Shown here: piece after piece, positions 44,597 to 58,234 of the stretch | Layout: every line of letters starts with the position of its first letter | Position numbering within the stretch: the stretch's first letter is position 1 | From: Bugula neritina | Lineage: Eukaryota; Animalia; Bryozoa | DNA: 64,000 bases | Assembly: GCA_964035545.1 (NCBI GenBank) | Contig: OZ037773.1 | Coordinates: 6,477,751 to 6,541,750 of the forward strand | Reading direction: 5' to 3' | Program-made: the position numbers and the translations under genes | Notes under the pieces: model-generated | Seen by the model: only the letters and a program-made list of their open reading frames with translations | The model's database searches: none | What the model was told of the DNA's origin: nothing

Positions 44597-47500
44597 CTAG
44601 AAGCTGAAGCGTCGTCCTAAAACAAAGTAAAACATGTCCAATAATTACCACTGCTCAAATTTTAATGATGACCAGAAGGTTTGTTTACATACAGACAAAC
44701 AAATAATACGCATCATATATTTTCTAGTTTATTAGTAAGCATAACGGAGTATAATTGAGTATTTATTTACTAGGAAGATAATCAACAGGATCTGGGGGTC
44801 CAAGAACTAAGTTTATCATCAAGGTGTTCATCATCCACCTGTCCAATCCAATGCCCCACAGAAAGTCTGCATAGTCCAGGTGGCCACGGTTACTCTAGAA
44901 TACAAAACTCATTGTTCTATACACTACGTTTTGATTGTTTCACATTATGTTAATGAGTCTTCTTATCAATGTTTAGGAACAGTTGCATCGGATAAATCCA
45001 CAACCATTGGTTGATGCAAACCACAATCACAAATCCATTCACAGAGCCATTCGAATTTATGGAAATGCAGTAAATGCTTATAACATTGCTAACAAGAACG
45101 TAACAATATTTACAGACAACATAGTTTACATAGATTGTGTTCAGTCTTAAAAGCACTTATACTCAAGTGAGCAGCGTGGTCTAGGGGTTAGAGCGTTTAA
45201 CTTAGTAAACACGAAGTCATGGTTTAGAAACCTGACAAAGGCCAGTAGTGATGTTAGGAAGAGCATCCAGTCATAATCGCTCCCGTGCCACATCTGAATA
45301 ATTCCTTGGGAGGTTTCCCACAGGGGTGGTGATTATGAGTTTTTTAAAAGCTTTAACTCAACACTAAAGTTTTTGAATGAACACTTTATCATAGCATTAG
45401 CTTTAACCTATGTTTGTTTTATGAGCCATGACACAGATATTTTAAACGATTCAATTGATTTAAATATTTTCAGAATTGGTAAACATCAATTTATTTATTC
45501 ATATATTTTTGCAAGAAGCTTATTAGTCTGTTTACAAAACAAATAGTTGAGTACGCAGTATATCTTTGTTGTAGCTATGTATAACTAGCAACTAGTTTAA
45601 CTAGCAATTAGTAAGTAGCAACTAGTAACTAGTTACTATAGTAGCTAATAAGCAGACCCTTGTAAATAGTTACTAATAAACTTACTATATCCATTACATC
45701 AAATATTTTGGCAGTTCGAGTGGTCGGAGAATCATTTTCATCAGTCAATGGTTTCCCTAGCAACTCATAAAAAGCTTGAAGTACTGTCCTCATATCTGAC
45801 TTGGTGACAGTTCTGCTTTTTCTAATGTCAAACATCTTAAATGCCCCTGAAATGCAATGATCTAATAGCATTACAAAACTAGTTTGGGTTTTTAAGCTCC
45901 ATTCCAAATGCACAATTACAGAGTAAGTAAAAATGCACGCCAAAGTTTTCTTTAGCAAAAACAAAATTTCATAGCTGCTACAATTAAAATATTTTAGAAA
46001 CATAATGTTTAGATCAAAATTAATATTTACATTTTTAAACTTTACTTGTTATATCCATTATTTGAAATTTCTGCTACAAGCAATTTGTATCAATAAGGTA
46101 GACTGTTACATATTAGGTCACAATTAAGGATGAAATACATTATATATACATGTTGGCCATTATAATGAATCTAAACAAAATAAAAGACTCAAAACCAACA
46201 GGAGACGCACGTTTGGTACTAACTATTGATTGGCAGAAACTGCGCTATAAAGCCAAGATGTTAGCTCCTGTGTATGGTTGGTTATGAATAAGGATACAGA
46301 AGCTGTGAACCTGCACTTACATCTCATTTGACCGTAAGACCCCTCTGCAGCAGTATCTATACTTGTAAGAAACTTCCCAAACCCCACCTTTCCGAAAGGC
46401 ATAATACCTGCAGCACTGAAGTATAGCTTCACGTATGCTGTGGGGTCACCATTTTCATACTTCACTTTTAAGAAAGTTGCAAACGCCTGAAAAAAACAAA
46501 ATGATAGTTGAGATTAAAAATATCTTATACTCGTCATCTGCATTGTTCTGAAACTTACACAAGTTTATAGTCCCCATCTCTGTGAGAGAACACTGATAGA
46601 AAGGATTTTTGTTAAAGGCTAAGAACTTGTTCAGATGCGGCATTGGAGCAATTATGACTGGATGCTCTTCTTGACATCACTAATGACTTTGAACCCATGA
46701 CTTTGTGTTTACTAAGCAAACACTTTGACCTTTAACCTGCACTCCCTATCTGCATTGTTCTACTTTATTAAATTTAATTGCAATATTAAATTTCTATTTA
46801 AAACATTTCTTGTTTTTTACTTATAACAGTTTTAATGAACATACGACTTTTCAAATAAAACTTTCACCAAAACATTTTTTCCTAAAAAACTTTCCTCAGA
46901 AACGTTCTATACACAAAACTTCCCACACTAATTATCCAACAAAACAACCACAAAGCTGCCTGTCCAGAGTGTAAACTCTATAGAGTATAGACCATAGACC
47001 ATAGAGTTATAAACCTAATGCTTTCACCTTTTAACTTCACTGGATTATATGAGTTGGAGATTTCAAAATAAATCATTGCAATATAAAAAATGCAATTTTC
47101 AAAGTAAATATGTTATTTATTGCATAATATTTCTGTTCACCAACCGCATGATATATACTAACAAAAAATTTATTAATAGTCAATGAAGTTTATTTACGGA
47201 GAATTTTTCGTGTATTATATTTATTTCTAATAGTGAAATACTTCTCCACTTCCTCAAAATGCTTTTATATATGTTATATATTGTCTATAGATTTCAATTT
47301 GACAAATATTTATCAAAAAATTTTAAAAGATGCTCTGAATTGAGGTACTCACCTCTTGAGTTGCATATCCAGTTGGGAATTGCTCAAGAAAAAAGTCATA
47401 CCTGCAACAGAAGAGCTGGTATAGTAATACTTGTGAGTGTTTAGGTTTCATAAGCACGGGTTATTCTTAGATTACATTCTCTGTTTAAAGAAAGTCAACA

Positions 47501-49123
47501 GACACTAAATTTTAAGTTATAACAGCTGCATATATAGATTATTATATTGCATAATTTTTTTAGCATTGATTGGCTTTTTAGTTAGTGACCATCACATCTA
47601 TTAAGATTCTTCATTAGCTTGTGAACTTTAATTTTAAGAAATTTATTTGGAATTTTTAAAATTGCATATTCAAGTTTTGATGGGTACTAGGTAACAGCAA
47701 TTTGAACAGTACCAAATTGCAATTACATGTTTCAATTAACAAATAAGTTTATGGTGTCACTTTGTCAGTGCAAGTTTGACTAACAACCTGTTGAAATGTT
47801 TTATCTAATCTGATCAAGTTGGTAACCTACAGGAGTACTATTGTAGTAAATGCAAGTATTCTTATTAATTGCATATAATAATTCAAAACTTTGATCGTCA
47901 ATAATCTAAAATTAAATTGATTGCCTTAATAAATAAATTTTCACTAACCAGTCTTCAATCTCTCGTCTTGTATCTGTAAATAGAAAATTAAACAAAATAT
48001 TAATTAAAAAAAGTATTGCAGCTGCGAGTTGCGAAAATGCAACTCAGAGAAAGGCATGGTGCATAAATTTTTTTACTAATAAAACTTGTTACACAACAAT
48101 ATGTCATCTTCTCTTGCACAGTCTACAGGATGTGATTTGGAAATTAAAGTTATTTAATTTACTGCTTATAGAGAAATCTTAAATTTATGAAATTGAATCA
48201 GTAAACTGTAGGTTGTTTATAAAAAATTTGTAAATTGAAACATTTCTTTTTATTCTTGCATTCTGTAGACGTGACTTGATAGAAATATAATGATGTACAA
48301 TACTATATGTTTACCACTAAAAAGCAAAAATTGCAAAATTTTATTCAGATACAACAAAAGTTTTTGAAAAAAGATTCAAGCAAGAATTAATGAAACGGAA
48401 GAGCATGGAGAATTTTAAACAAAAACATCTTTATGTTTTGAAACAATTTGAAAGCATTTTATGAATTTGAATGACATGGCAACAGCATTAGAAATCTAAA
48501 TCAAAAGCTGAAATAACTTTTTGTGAAATGTCTCGACTTGCATGGTTAAATGAGAGCATAATGAGCATAGTACAAGTACATGAATTGATGAGAATGAGTC
48601 ACTGCATATTCATCTTTCTGCTCTAGCTAAACGCTTTCTCAAAATTTCTTAACAGAAATTTCCAAGTTAGGGGCAAAAACATTTTTAATACCAAATAAAC
48701 TTCACCTGTTGAAACAATATAAACTGTCTTTTAATTTATAATAACTTTCTAAAGTAAAGTTTATTGATGAAATGAAAAAACAGATACTATAGAATTCTGG
48801 TCTCACTAAAACTGAGAGGTCGCAAGCTAGCCGTCTGGCTAGCTATTACAGGCCATTATAAGAGCCACTGGGTAAACTCCTTATACAGACTACAGTCTAC
48901 AACTGTTAGTAAAAGTTAAAAGCTTACATGAAGTTTTCTGCTTTAATTTTCTGATCTTCTCATCAGAAAGAGTTGTCTGCCCTCTGTGGGTGCGGCTTCC
49001 TCTAATCTCTCGACTACTCCTGCCAAAACTGCTTGTTGTGCTGCTTCTAGCCCGTGATCTAATTCTCAAGCTGCCACTACGGCTAAGTCTTCTAAGTCTA
49101 TTTCGACTGCTTGTAGTTCCCAT
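44597..49123 (-). CDS. NCS-I: divergent NCS-family protein with Arg/Ser-rich N-terminus and C-terminal mini-exon, about 246 aa, 7 exons
   Basis: Exons 49123-48928, 47973-47949, 47401-47353, 46486-46321, 45846-45686, 44894-44771, 44616-44597, total 741 nt in frame. Starts MGTTSS and ends RRRFSF*. Confidence 0.85.
45168..45342 (+). mobile_element. SINE family 1
   Basis: gtggtctaggggttagagcg...gatgttaggaagagcatccagtcataat. Confidence 0.8.
46555..46747 (-). mobile_element. SINE family 1
   Basis: Reverse-strand core ggagcaattatgactggatgctctt. Confidence 0.75.
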
Positions 49124-49392
49124 CCTGGTGAATAAGAATGTTGACTTCAATTGTCGTTAATATGAAACTTTGAAATGAGGTTAGGAGCTGTGAACATATA
49201 ACATGTTTTGCTGCAAGCTATGCTTATTTGCTAGTTGTGTTCACTATAGCTTTAAACCAGCTATCATAATTTAGCTACTATATACATATACATTATACCT
49301 TTTGTAACTCAATTTATTCTTCTGGTGATGAGTAATACAGACTTAATTTTTATTACTGATATATACACCAATACATATTATCATAAACTGTT

Positions 49393-49401
49393 ATATATAT
49401 A

Positions 49402-49476
<75 letters not shown>
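49393..49476. repeat. (TA)n microsatellite upstream of NCS-I
   Basis: Directly visible. Confidence 0.95.
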
Positions 49477-49480
<4 letters not shown>

Positions 49481-49905
49481 TCAAGACTGTCATTAATATA
49501 AAATCATCCGTCTGTCAATAAAGATGCTATAAATAAAGTTTTAGCTAATAGTTATTAACATGATAATCCCCTCCCCCACAAATAGATTTGTAATAGCAGT
49601 AATGCATTTGAATGTTGGCATTAGTATTTTTTGCATTGAAGAATGTCTTTTTAAGAATATGTTTAATTTAGATTGAAAAGAACTAAAGTTTTTGGTTCTT
49701 TTATCTTTGAACTGCTTTCTCTGCTCAAATGTAAAGCTCCTCAAAGTCAACATCAATATGTAATTATACTATACTTGAAATACAAACACATCTGAGCATT
49801 GTTTATTTTTTGTGTATCTTTTTGTTAAAAGTTATCTTTCTTCTTGTATGTCTATGTTGGAGCCATTCAGTTTTAAGTTTAGACTTTTATATGCTGCATT
49901 CTTAT

Positions 49906-50056
49906 GAGGTAGGTGCAGCAACGAAGAAATAGAGAAGACCATGCATATGTTCTAGGTTATAGAAATGTAGCAAAAGAAGTTATTTCCTTGTGAGAGTTTC
50001 ATCTGCACCCCAAACCAAAGTTTAGTAGTGAAATTAAAGAACTTGGGCTACTGTTC
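49906..50056 (+). mobile_element. MITE family 2 (homologous copies at 54999-55148 and 58937-59085)
   Basis: Same core, at the equivalent position 3' of NCS-J, NCS-K and NCS-L. Confidence 0.7.
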
Positions 50057-50485
50057 TTAAGTCATGGTACTTATAGCTGTTTTTTTACAAATAATATTTT
50101 TCATACCGTTTTTCCATCCATAATGATCTAGAATATATTGTGACTACGTAGAAATGCTGAGCAATTTGCAAAGTACTATGAGTCTCAAATCATCTTTTTA
50201 TAATTATTAACAATGTGGTTACAAGTTGACCAACTCTTGTAATAGCATAATCATCAGTTATGAATAATAATATTTATTTTAGATAATCGAACTGTATTCG
50301 TCAAATAATTACTGCAATTAATAAGTGAATTACAATAACAAGTGGATACAAAATGAATTGAAAACAAACAGGAATCAAAATTACTTCAATTACATAAATA
50401 GGTCAAATTTCACCAGCTCTGCTTCCATATTACAGCTTATGCTGATGTATTCTGATTTGGGTGCATCGTTTACAGGTTTCTCAGG

Positions 50486-53400
50486 TCAGAATGTGAAGTT
50501 TTGTCCTAAAATAATGCAAAGCATTTACAATTATTGCCAGCATTCAATTTTCAGAGAGCGAAAAAGTTTGTTTAAGTAATGCTTAAGAGGTATGTGCAGT
50601 AATGAAGAAATTGAAAAAAGCCTGTTTTATAAATTAAAAATGTAGCAAAACAAGTTATGTTCTCACAAAACCCAAGAGCCCCAGACCAAAAGTTATAAAG
50701 AAATTTAAAGAACTTAGGCCATTTCAATTTCTCCTTAAGTAATTACTTACTGGTATAATCACGAGGGTCTGGGAGTCCAGATGTTAACTTCAACATCAAA
50801 GTATCTACCATCCATTCTTCCATTCTGATGCCCCACACAAAGTCCGTATAGTCCAAGTAACCACGGTTACGCTAGAATATAACAGTTGCATGTAGCATTA
50901 TCTGTGTAATGGCTAACATTATTACCAAGAAGCTAATAGTATTATTGCACAATATTGTTTCAATTATATACCAAGTTTTTAATAGCTTCAACAAACTTAA
51001 TAGCTAAGGACATAAATTGCACTACCTATATTAGCAATGAGCTTAAATTATTCAATTATCTGTTTATTTATGTATTTCTGCATCAGATTGGTAATTAATA
51101 AGCTAGTAGCACAAAGATTGTAAGAAAGTAAAAATTAAAACTTAACTGACATGCATTTCAGTATTTTCAGAAATTTTAAATGTTAATTTTTACGAGCTAT
51201 TCATAGTATATTTTTTACAAAAAATTACTCATCTGTGTAAAAGACAAATAGTTTTTTATAGCATTGTTTCTAGTAATTAGTTACTAATTACTAATTACTA
51301 GTTATTAGTTACTAGTTACTAGTTAACTCACTGCATCTAATATAGAAAATATGCTGTCAGTTCGAGTGGCTGGAGTATCATTTGCATCAGTCAATGATTT
51401 CCCAAGCAACTCATAGGATGCCCGAAGTACTTTCCTCATATCTGATTTTGAGACAGCGTTAACTTTACTGATGTCGAAGATTTTAAATGCCCCTAAAATG
51501 CAATAAACAAATCGTATATAACAAAAATAGAATAGATTTTGTGACTTATAATTTAATTTGAAAACTGTGCACACCATAGTTTTCTTTATAAAAAATGATG
51601 ACTACATCTTGGCAATATGTAAGCTTTTAGGAAAAAAACTCGCTTTACTGGTTTTCTCTAGATACTTGATACTTTATCTAGATACTTGAAGTGTACAAAA
51701 CAAACAAACAAACAACTTGTATACAACTATAAAGTAACAACTATGTATACTTTTGCATAGAATAAGTGAGTGTGTATATACAATTAATAAACACACTATG
51801 CATGTTGGTCATTATACAATTTTAACTCAAACATATGAAATCTAAACCCAAAGCCAATAGAAAAAGAGTTTTGGCAATAATTATTAAAAAGCAAAAACCG
51901 GCATATTATAAGCTATTACAGATGGTTGAGTATAAACAACGAATTATAAGTTGTGAAATCCTGTCCTTACATCTCAACTGATCAAACGGCTCTCCTGTCT
52001 CAGCACTCATACTTGTGAGAAACTTCCCAAACCCCATCTTTCCAAATGGCATAACACCGGCAGCGTTGAAGTATAACTTCACGTATCTGGTGGGGTCGCC
52101 ATTTTCATACCTTGTCTTTAAGTGGGATCTAAAAGCCTGTACAAAACAATATCACAGCTGAAGATTAATGCACATGTTTGCAAATCAAATGTTTTATATG
52201 CAGTTTAATGCATCAGTTGCATTATGGTTCTACAATTTTATTCAATTTGACAGGCATTAAATGCTATACTATTATAAAAATAGTCTATAATGATGTGTAA
52301 TGATTTTATGATGTATACGACTTTTTTATTATAAGATTTTCTTTTCCTTCTTTTCGCTTTGAGATGATAACTATCTCTCAATATGATTTTATGGTTTGAA
52401 GGAGTAGTAGAGAAGCCAGTGGAGTTCAGAAAACTGGGTAGGATGTAGTGTTGAGTTAACCCAGCAGCCTCTGTGGTGCAATTGGTTAGTGCGCCTGCTT
52501 GCAAGCCGGAGGTCTGTGGTTCGAATCTCGGTGGGGGAAAAATTATTTTACAAGCTATTTAGGCCTATAGTAAAATGTAGTAGTACTCCGAGAACCAGAG
52601 GAGCCTGAAAACTGAGAGAGTAGTAGAGAGGCCAGTGGAGTTCTTGAGAAGTGGGTGGAATGGAGTGCTGCATTTACCCAGCAGCCCCCGTGGTGTAATG
52701 GTTAGCACACTTGCTAGTCGAGGTCCCGAGTTATAATATAAGTTGGGGCAAAACTTTTACAGATGCTATTATTCTAAAATTTCAATCAATTATATGAGTT
52801 GGTGATTAAGCTTATAAATTACCAGAAATTTAAAATATGACCCAATTTTCAATGTAAAAACTTTAATTATTACACATTATCATTTCGGTAAAGTTTACTG
52901 CATACCACCAGCTACCGAAACTTGCCTTATATTTTATTCTCCAGAAAGCGTCTTCCCACCCCACAACATGTTAATAAGAAACTTAACTACCATTTATGTA
53001 TATTTTATAAATTTTGATTTGGAAAGAAATGTTCTTCCAATTAATTGAGGTACTCACTTCTCTGGTGATATATCCAGATGGAAATTTCTCCATAAAAAAG
53101 TCATACCTAAAACAAAAGAGCCGGTTGCATTACTTGTCAGTATTTATAATGTCTTATAAATGAAAGTTGGTTTTATTGCATGTTTCATTTAAAAAAAGTT
53201 AACAGACCCAAAAGTTTAAATTATAACAGCTGCATGCAGTCATACTCGCAACACACAAAATCAAAGTGTTATATTGCAAGCTGGTATATGCTCTTTAGTT
53301 ATCACCTTCACTTTCATTAGTCTGAAAATTTTAAAATTAGGAGTTTAGTTTGAAAATTTGAAAAGTGCATATCATGCTTAGACATTGGTTGTTTAAAAGA

Positions 53401-54314
53401 AATTTGAACAATAAAATTGACAATGTTTAAAAACATGCTGCAAATAATAAACTTAGAAGTGGAACTCACAATTCAATTAAAAATTTCATAATTTTTTTAT
53501 AAAGTTGGTATTTTACAGAAATAATTAGTAAATGCAAGTAATTTGAAGTTTTAAATGATATGATTAAAGAGCTTTGATAAATAACATAATATTTAAGTAA
53601 TGTTGCTGCTTAGCGGAATAGTGACTCACCATTCTATAATTTCACGGTCTGTATCTGTAAACAAAAAATTAATTTATACAGTGAAATACAATTCATATAA
53701 TGATATAATACAATCATTTATTATAACAGAATCGAAAAACACATTCGAATAGACACTTTATATTTCGAAAATTTGCAGCTTAAACACAGTTGTTAAAATT
53801 GTAAAGCATTGCAATATCAAAAGCCTTAACCAAGACTTCTATTAATTTTCTATATAGGAGTTTTGATTTGGATGCTAAATAAAAGTACAATGAGAAAAAT
53901 TTGGTAATGGAATAAGTCATTGCTCACTGATATTGCTGCTGCAACTGAAGCATCTTTAAAAAAGCGGTAATTTTTTAGCAGAAACTGGAGCTTACAGTTC
54001 ATCAGAATTAATCAGTAAGAATAACTGTTATTTCTCTGATGTATGTACACTCTGTTCAATGATTTGACAATGAAAAAATTCAGTTATAACTGTTAATTAG
54101 TAGAGAATAGGTACTTACATGAGGTTAGCAGCTCTAGCTTTCTGATTTTCTCATCAGGAAGAGTTGTCATACCTCTGTTGGTACGACTGCTTCTACTTAC
54201 TCGGCTACTTCTGCTGAAACTGCTGCTTGTACTGCTTCTAAACCTTGCTCTGCTTGTAAAACTGCTGCTGCCACTGCCACTTTGACCTCTACTTTGACTG
54301 CCTAAATTTCCCAT
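50486..54314 (-). CDS. NCS-J: paralog of NCS-I, about 245 aa, 7 exons
   Basis: Exons 54314-54119, 53654-53630, 53106-53058, 52136-51971, 51492-51332, 50871-50751, 50505-50486, total 738 nt in frame. Starts MGNLGS and ends RQNFTF*. Confidence 0.86.
50587..50734 (+). mobile_element. MITE family 2 with TTAA target duplication (Kolobok-like termini)
   Basis: TTAA-GAGG...CTCC-TTAA. The homologous introns of NCS-K and NCS-L lack the element. Confidence 0.78.
52400..52770 (+). other. Two tandem copies of tRNA-like repeat family 3 in NCS-J intron 3
   Basis: Unit gtagtagagaagccagtggagttc...acccagcagcc plus tRNA-like body (TGGTGCAATTGGTTAG, GGTTCGAATC) at ~52467-52540, with a decayed second body at ~52684-52750. 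Confidence 0.65.
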
Positions 54315-55581
54315 CCTGATGTGTTAAAAGTTTCAGATTCAAAAGTCTCAAACTCTACAAATAAGGTTTTGGAATGTGGTTAGGAGAGTTAGTTGCAAGC
54401 TATATATATGCTTGTTTACTGGCTGTGGGCACTAGCTTTAAAGCAGCTTTCATAACTCATTTATTTACATACAGTCATGATCAAAATTAGGAAACCACCA
54501 ATAAATAGTTTATTTTTTGCTGGGGTTTCGTATTTTGCTCAGTACCTATTTACAAAGTGAAATAGGAAAATATCCACATCAACTGAAAGCCAATTTTGCT
54601 TTCTACAAGAATCTTTTAAAAATCACTAGACTTTAGTGATTTTAATAAAATTTTGAGTCAATATGGTAACTTTAGCGTTGATATTGAAATATTCTAAAAC
54701 GAGCTGTACTTATACTTTTTAAAGAGAAAATGCTATAGATCTTGTTTTTTCAAACAAACTTGATTAGTAGCCCTGAGAAAAGTTATTGATGATATTTAAT
54801 GCATCACAATTTTTAGTTGGCCAGCCATTCCTGTCAATCATAGCTTGAAAATGTCTCAGGATGCTGACAACCAGTTTGGAGAGAGCAATTCCAAAGATAC
54901 AGCTCAAAGTCTGGATTAGAAAATAGGAATTTTTGTTAAAAGTGTCTATGTTTGAGTCAGTCAGTTTTAAGTTGAGATTTTTCCACTGCGTTCTTATTAG
55001 GTAGGTGGAGTAGTAAAGAAATTGAGAAGGCCCTGCATGTGTTCTAGATGAGAAATGTAGCAAAAGAATGTTTTTTTCGCAAGAGTGTCAACTGACCCCA
55101 AACCGAAGTTAAGTAATGAAATAAAAAACTTAGGCCATCTCAATTTCTTAGCTACGTTTAAAAGATTATTGTAGCTGATTTTTACAAATAATGTTTTTCA
55201 TACTGTTTGCCCATCCATAATATAATATAATATATGACTACCTATAGAAATACTTAGTAACTTGCAATGTACTTTGAGACTCAAATCATCTTATTATAAT
55301 AATTAACAATGTAGTTACTAGTTGACCAATTCTTGTGTTAGCATAATCATCAGTTATAAATAAGGATATTTATTTTAAATAATTGAACTGTATTTGCCAA
55401 ATAATTGCAGTTAATAAGTGAATTACAATACCAAATGGATAGAAAATTATTATTATGAAAACAATCTAAAGTAAAAAAGCATTTACATCTGGGAGTGGTC
55501 AACGTTCATCAGCTCTGTCTCTATATTATGTGTTATGGTGAAGTGTTTTGACTTGAGTGCAGTGTTGACAGTTTTCTTTAG

Positions 55582-58234
55582 TTAGAATCTGAAGTTGTGT
55601 CCTAAAATAATTTAAAGCATGTACAATAATTGCGACCATTTAAATATATGATAACGAAAAAGTAATGCTTCAAGTATTTACTTACTGACAAAATCGCGGG
55701 GGTTTAATTGTCTGTTAGATATCGTCAACATCATAGCCTCAAGCATACAGTCTTCCATTCTGATACCTTCCACAAAGTCTGTATAGTCCAAGTAACCACG
55801 GTTACGCTAGAATATAACAATTGTGCATTGTCTGTATAATGCCCAACATTATTAACAAGAAGTTACAAACATTAATGCACATTGTTTAGATTATATACCA
55901 AGTTTTTTAAAAGTTTCAACAAACTTACCAATAACCCACATAAACATCCACTAATTCCGTAATTGGCTAAACTCATTCTTATTTAATAAACTAATAACAG
56001 AGACTTTAGACAGGTAAAAACTAAAACTTAATTGAAGTTCACATCAGTATTTTCAGAAATGCTAAATATTAATTTCTACAAAAAATTATGCATCTGTTAA
56101 AAAACCGACAGTTGCTTAGCATTGTTCCTATAACTAGCTACTAGTCACCAGTTAGGTACTACTTAACTTACGGTATCTATTGCACCAAATACTCTGTCAG
56201 TTCGAGTGGCTGGAGAATCGCTTTCATCAGTCAATGATTTCCCATGCAACTCAAAGAAGGCTCGAAGTACCTTTCTCATATCTGATTTTGTGACGGCGTT
56301 AGCTTTACTAATGTCAAAGATTTTGAATGCCCCTAAAATGCAATAAACTAACAGGATAACAAAAATAGAGTTTTTGAGTTCAACAGAAGCCACAGTTGTA
56401 AATTTGAAAATTATGTACACCATTTGTAAACGTGCATACTACTTTTGAGTGGGAGAAGAAGGTATGTATATACAATAAACACACTTTGTATGTTGCACAT
56501 TATAAAATTCCATTTGTATATACATGCATGCTTTCGCACGGGATAAAAGAGTATGTATATACAATAAACACACTTCGCACGTTGTTCATTATACAATTTC
56601 AGCTCAAATATATGAGATCTAGAAGCAAAGCCAATAGAAAAAGAATTTTGGCAATAATTATTGGGCAGCAAATATCACACCATATTAGCTCTTGCTTATT
56701 GCCAATTATGAACAGTGAAATATAAGTTGTGAAGTCCTGCCCTTACATCTCAATTGATTCAAAGGTCCTCCTGTCTCCGCACTTACACATGTAAGATACT
56801 TTACAAAGCCCATCTTTCCAAATGGCCTAACACCGGCAGCATTGAAGTATAGGTTCACGTATCTAGTGGGGTCACCATTTTCATATGTTATTTTTAATTG
56901 GGATACAAAAACCTGTACAGAAGAAACATCACAACCATGTATGTTTTATTTTTCTAAAAATTACTTCTCCCCTCACAAAATGTTAATAAATAAATTACAA
57001 TTTATATGCATATTTTGTATAAATTTTGATTTAATAAATTTTTTTTCTAATTAATACTTGAGATACTCACTTCTCTGGTGACATATCCAGATGGAAACCT
57101 CTCAAGAAAAAAGTTATACCTAAAACAAAATAGCCGGTAGTAATACTTGTCAGTACTTAGGTTTTACAAGCTTTAGCAAGTTATTTTTACACTTTTTTGT
57201 TTTAAAAATTGTACCAACACTAAACTCAAAATTTTGCTAACTGCAAGCATTTGCAGTTCATAAAATCAAAGTGTTATGTTATAAGTTAGTTTGCTCTTTA
57301 GTTTGTGACCTTCACCTTCATTAACCTGTAAATTTTAAAACTAAAAGGAGTTTAGTTTGAAAATTTGAAAAGTGCATATCACGTTTAGACATTGCTTAGG
57401 TATCTAAAAGAAATTTAAAAAATAAAAATTACAATATTTGGAACATGCTGCAAATAATCAATTTATAGTGGAGCTCATAAACTCTTGAAAGTTTTCATAA
57501 AATATTGTAAAATTCAAAATTTAAAGAAATGGTAAGTAAATGGAAGTAAATTTAGATTTTACATGCTACGATTCAACAAGTTTGATCAATAAAAATATTT
57601 AATCGCTTTTGGGTGACTCACCAGTGTATAATTTCTATGCAGTTATCTGTAAAAAAAAATTGTTTTATACATTAGAAGAATTACAGCTGCAAGTTGTTAC
57701 AGTAAAATACAATTCAGAGAAAGATATAATATAATCATTTACTACAGCAGAAGTGCAAAAAACACAACTCAAATAAAGACTACTTATATCTCAAAAACTT
57801 GCAGTTTTGACACAGTTATTGAAATATAGAACATTGCAATATTAAAAGTCTTAACCACGACTTCTATTCATTCTTCTATAAGAGGTTTGATTTGGATGCT
57901 AAATGACAGTACAATGAGAATGGTATGTTAATGGAATAAGTCCTTACTCACTGATATTGCTGCTGCAACTGAAGCATCTTTAAAAGAAAGCAGTGAATTT
58001 TTTATAGAAACTTGAGCTTACAGTTCATCAGAAACAATTAACCAGAGTGACTTTACCTTTCCAATGAGCAGTCTGCTAATGCCTTGAAGGTGAAAAAATT
58101 TAACTATAACTGTTAGTGGAGAGTGAGTACTTACACCGAGTTCGATTCACTAACTTTATGATTTTCTTGGAGGAGAGAGTTGGCGCACGTCTACCACCAC
58201 TTCGGCCTCTACTTTGACTGCCTAAATTTCCCAT
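55582..58234 (-). CDS. NCS-K: paralog of NCS-I/J with shortened N-terminus, about 213 aa, 7 exons
   Basis: Exons 58234-58135, 57646-57622, 57119-57071, 56912-56747, 56332-56172, 55806-55686, 55601-55582, total 642 nt in frame. Ends RHNFRF*. Confidence 0.86.

Noticed and set aside
52467-52540. Functional tRNA-Ala(TGC), or tRNA-Thr(TGT) at ~35025
   Set aside because: The anticodon arm is one base short, the acceptor and T stems are mismatched, and there is no clear Pol III terminator; treated as a repeat.
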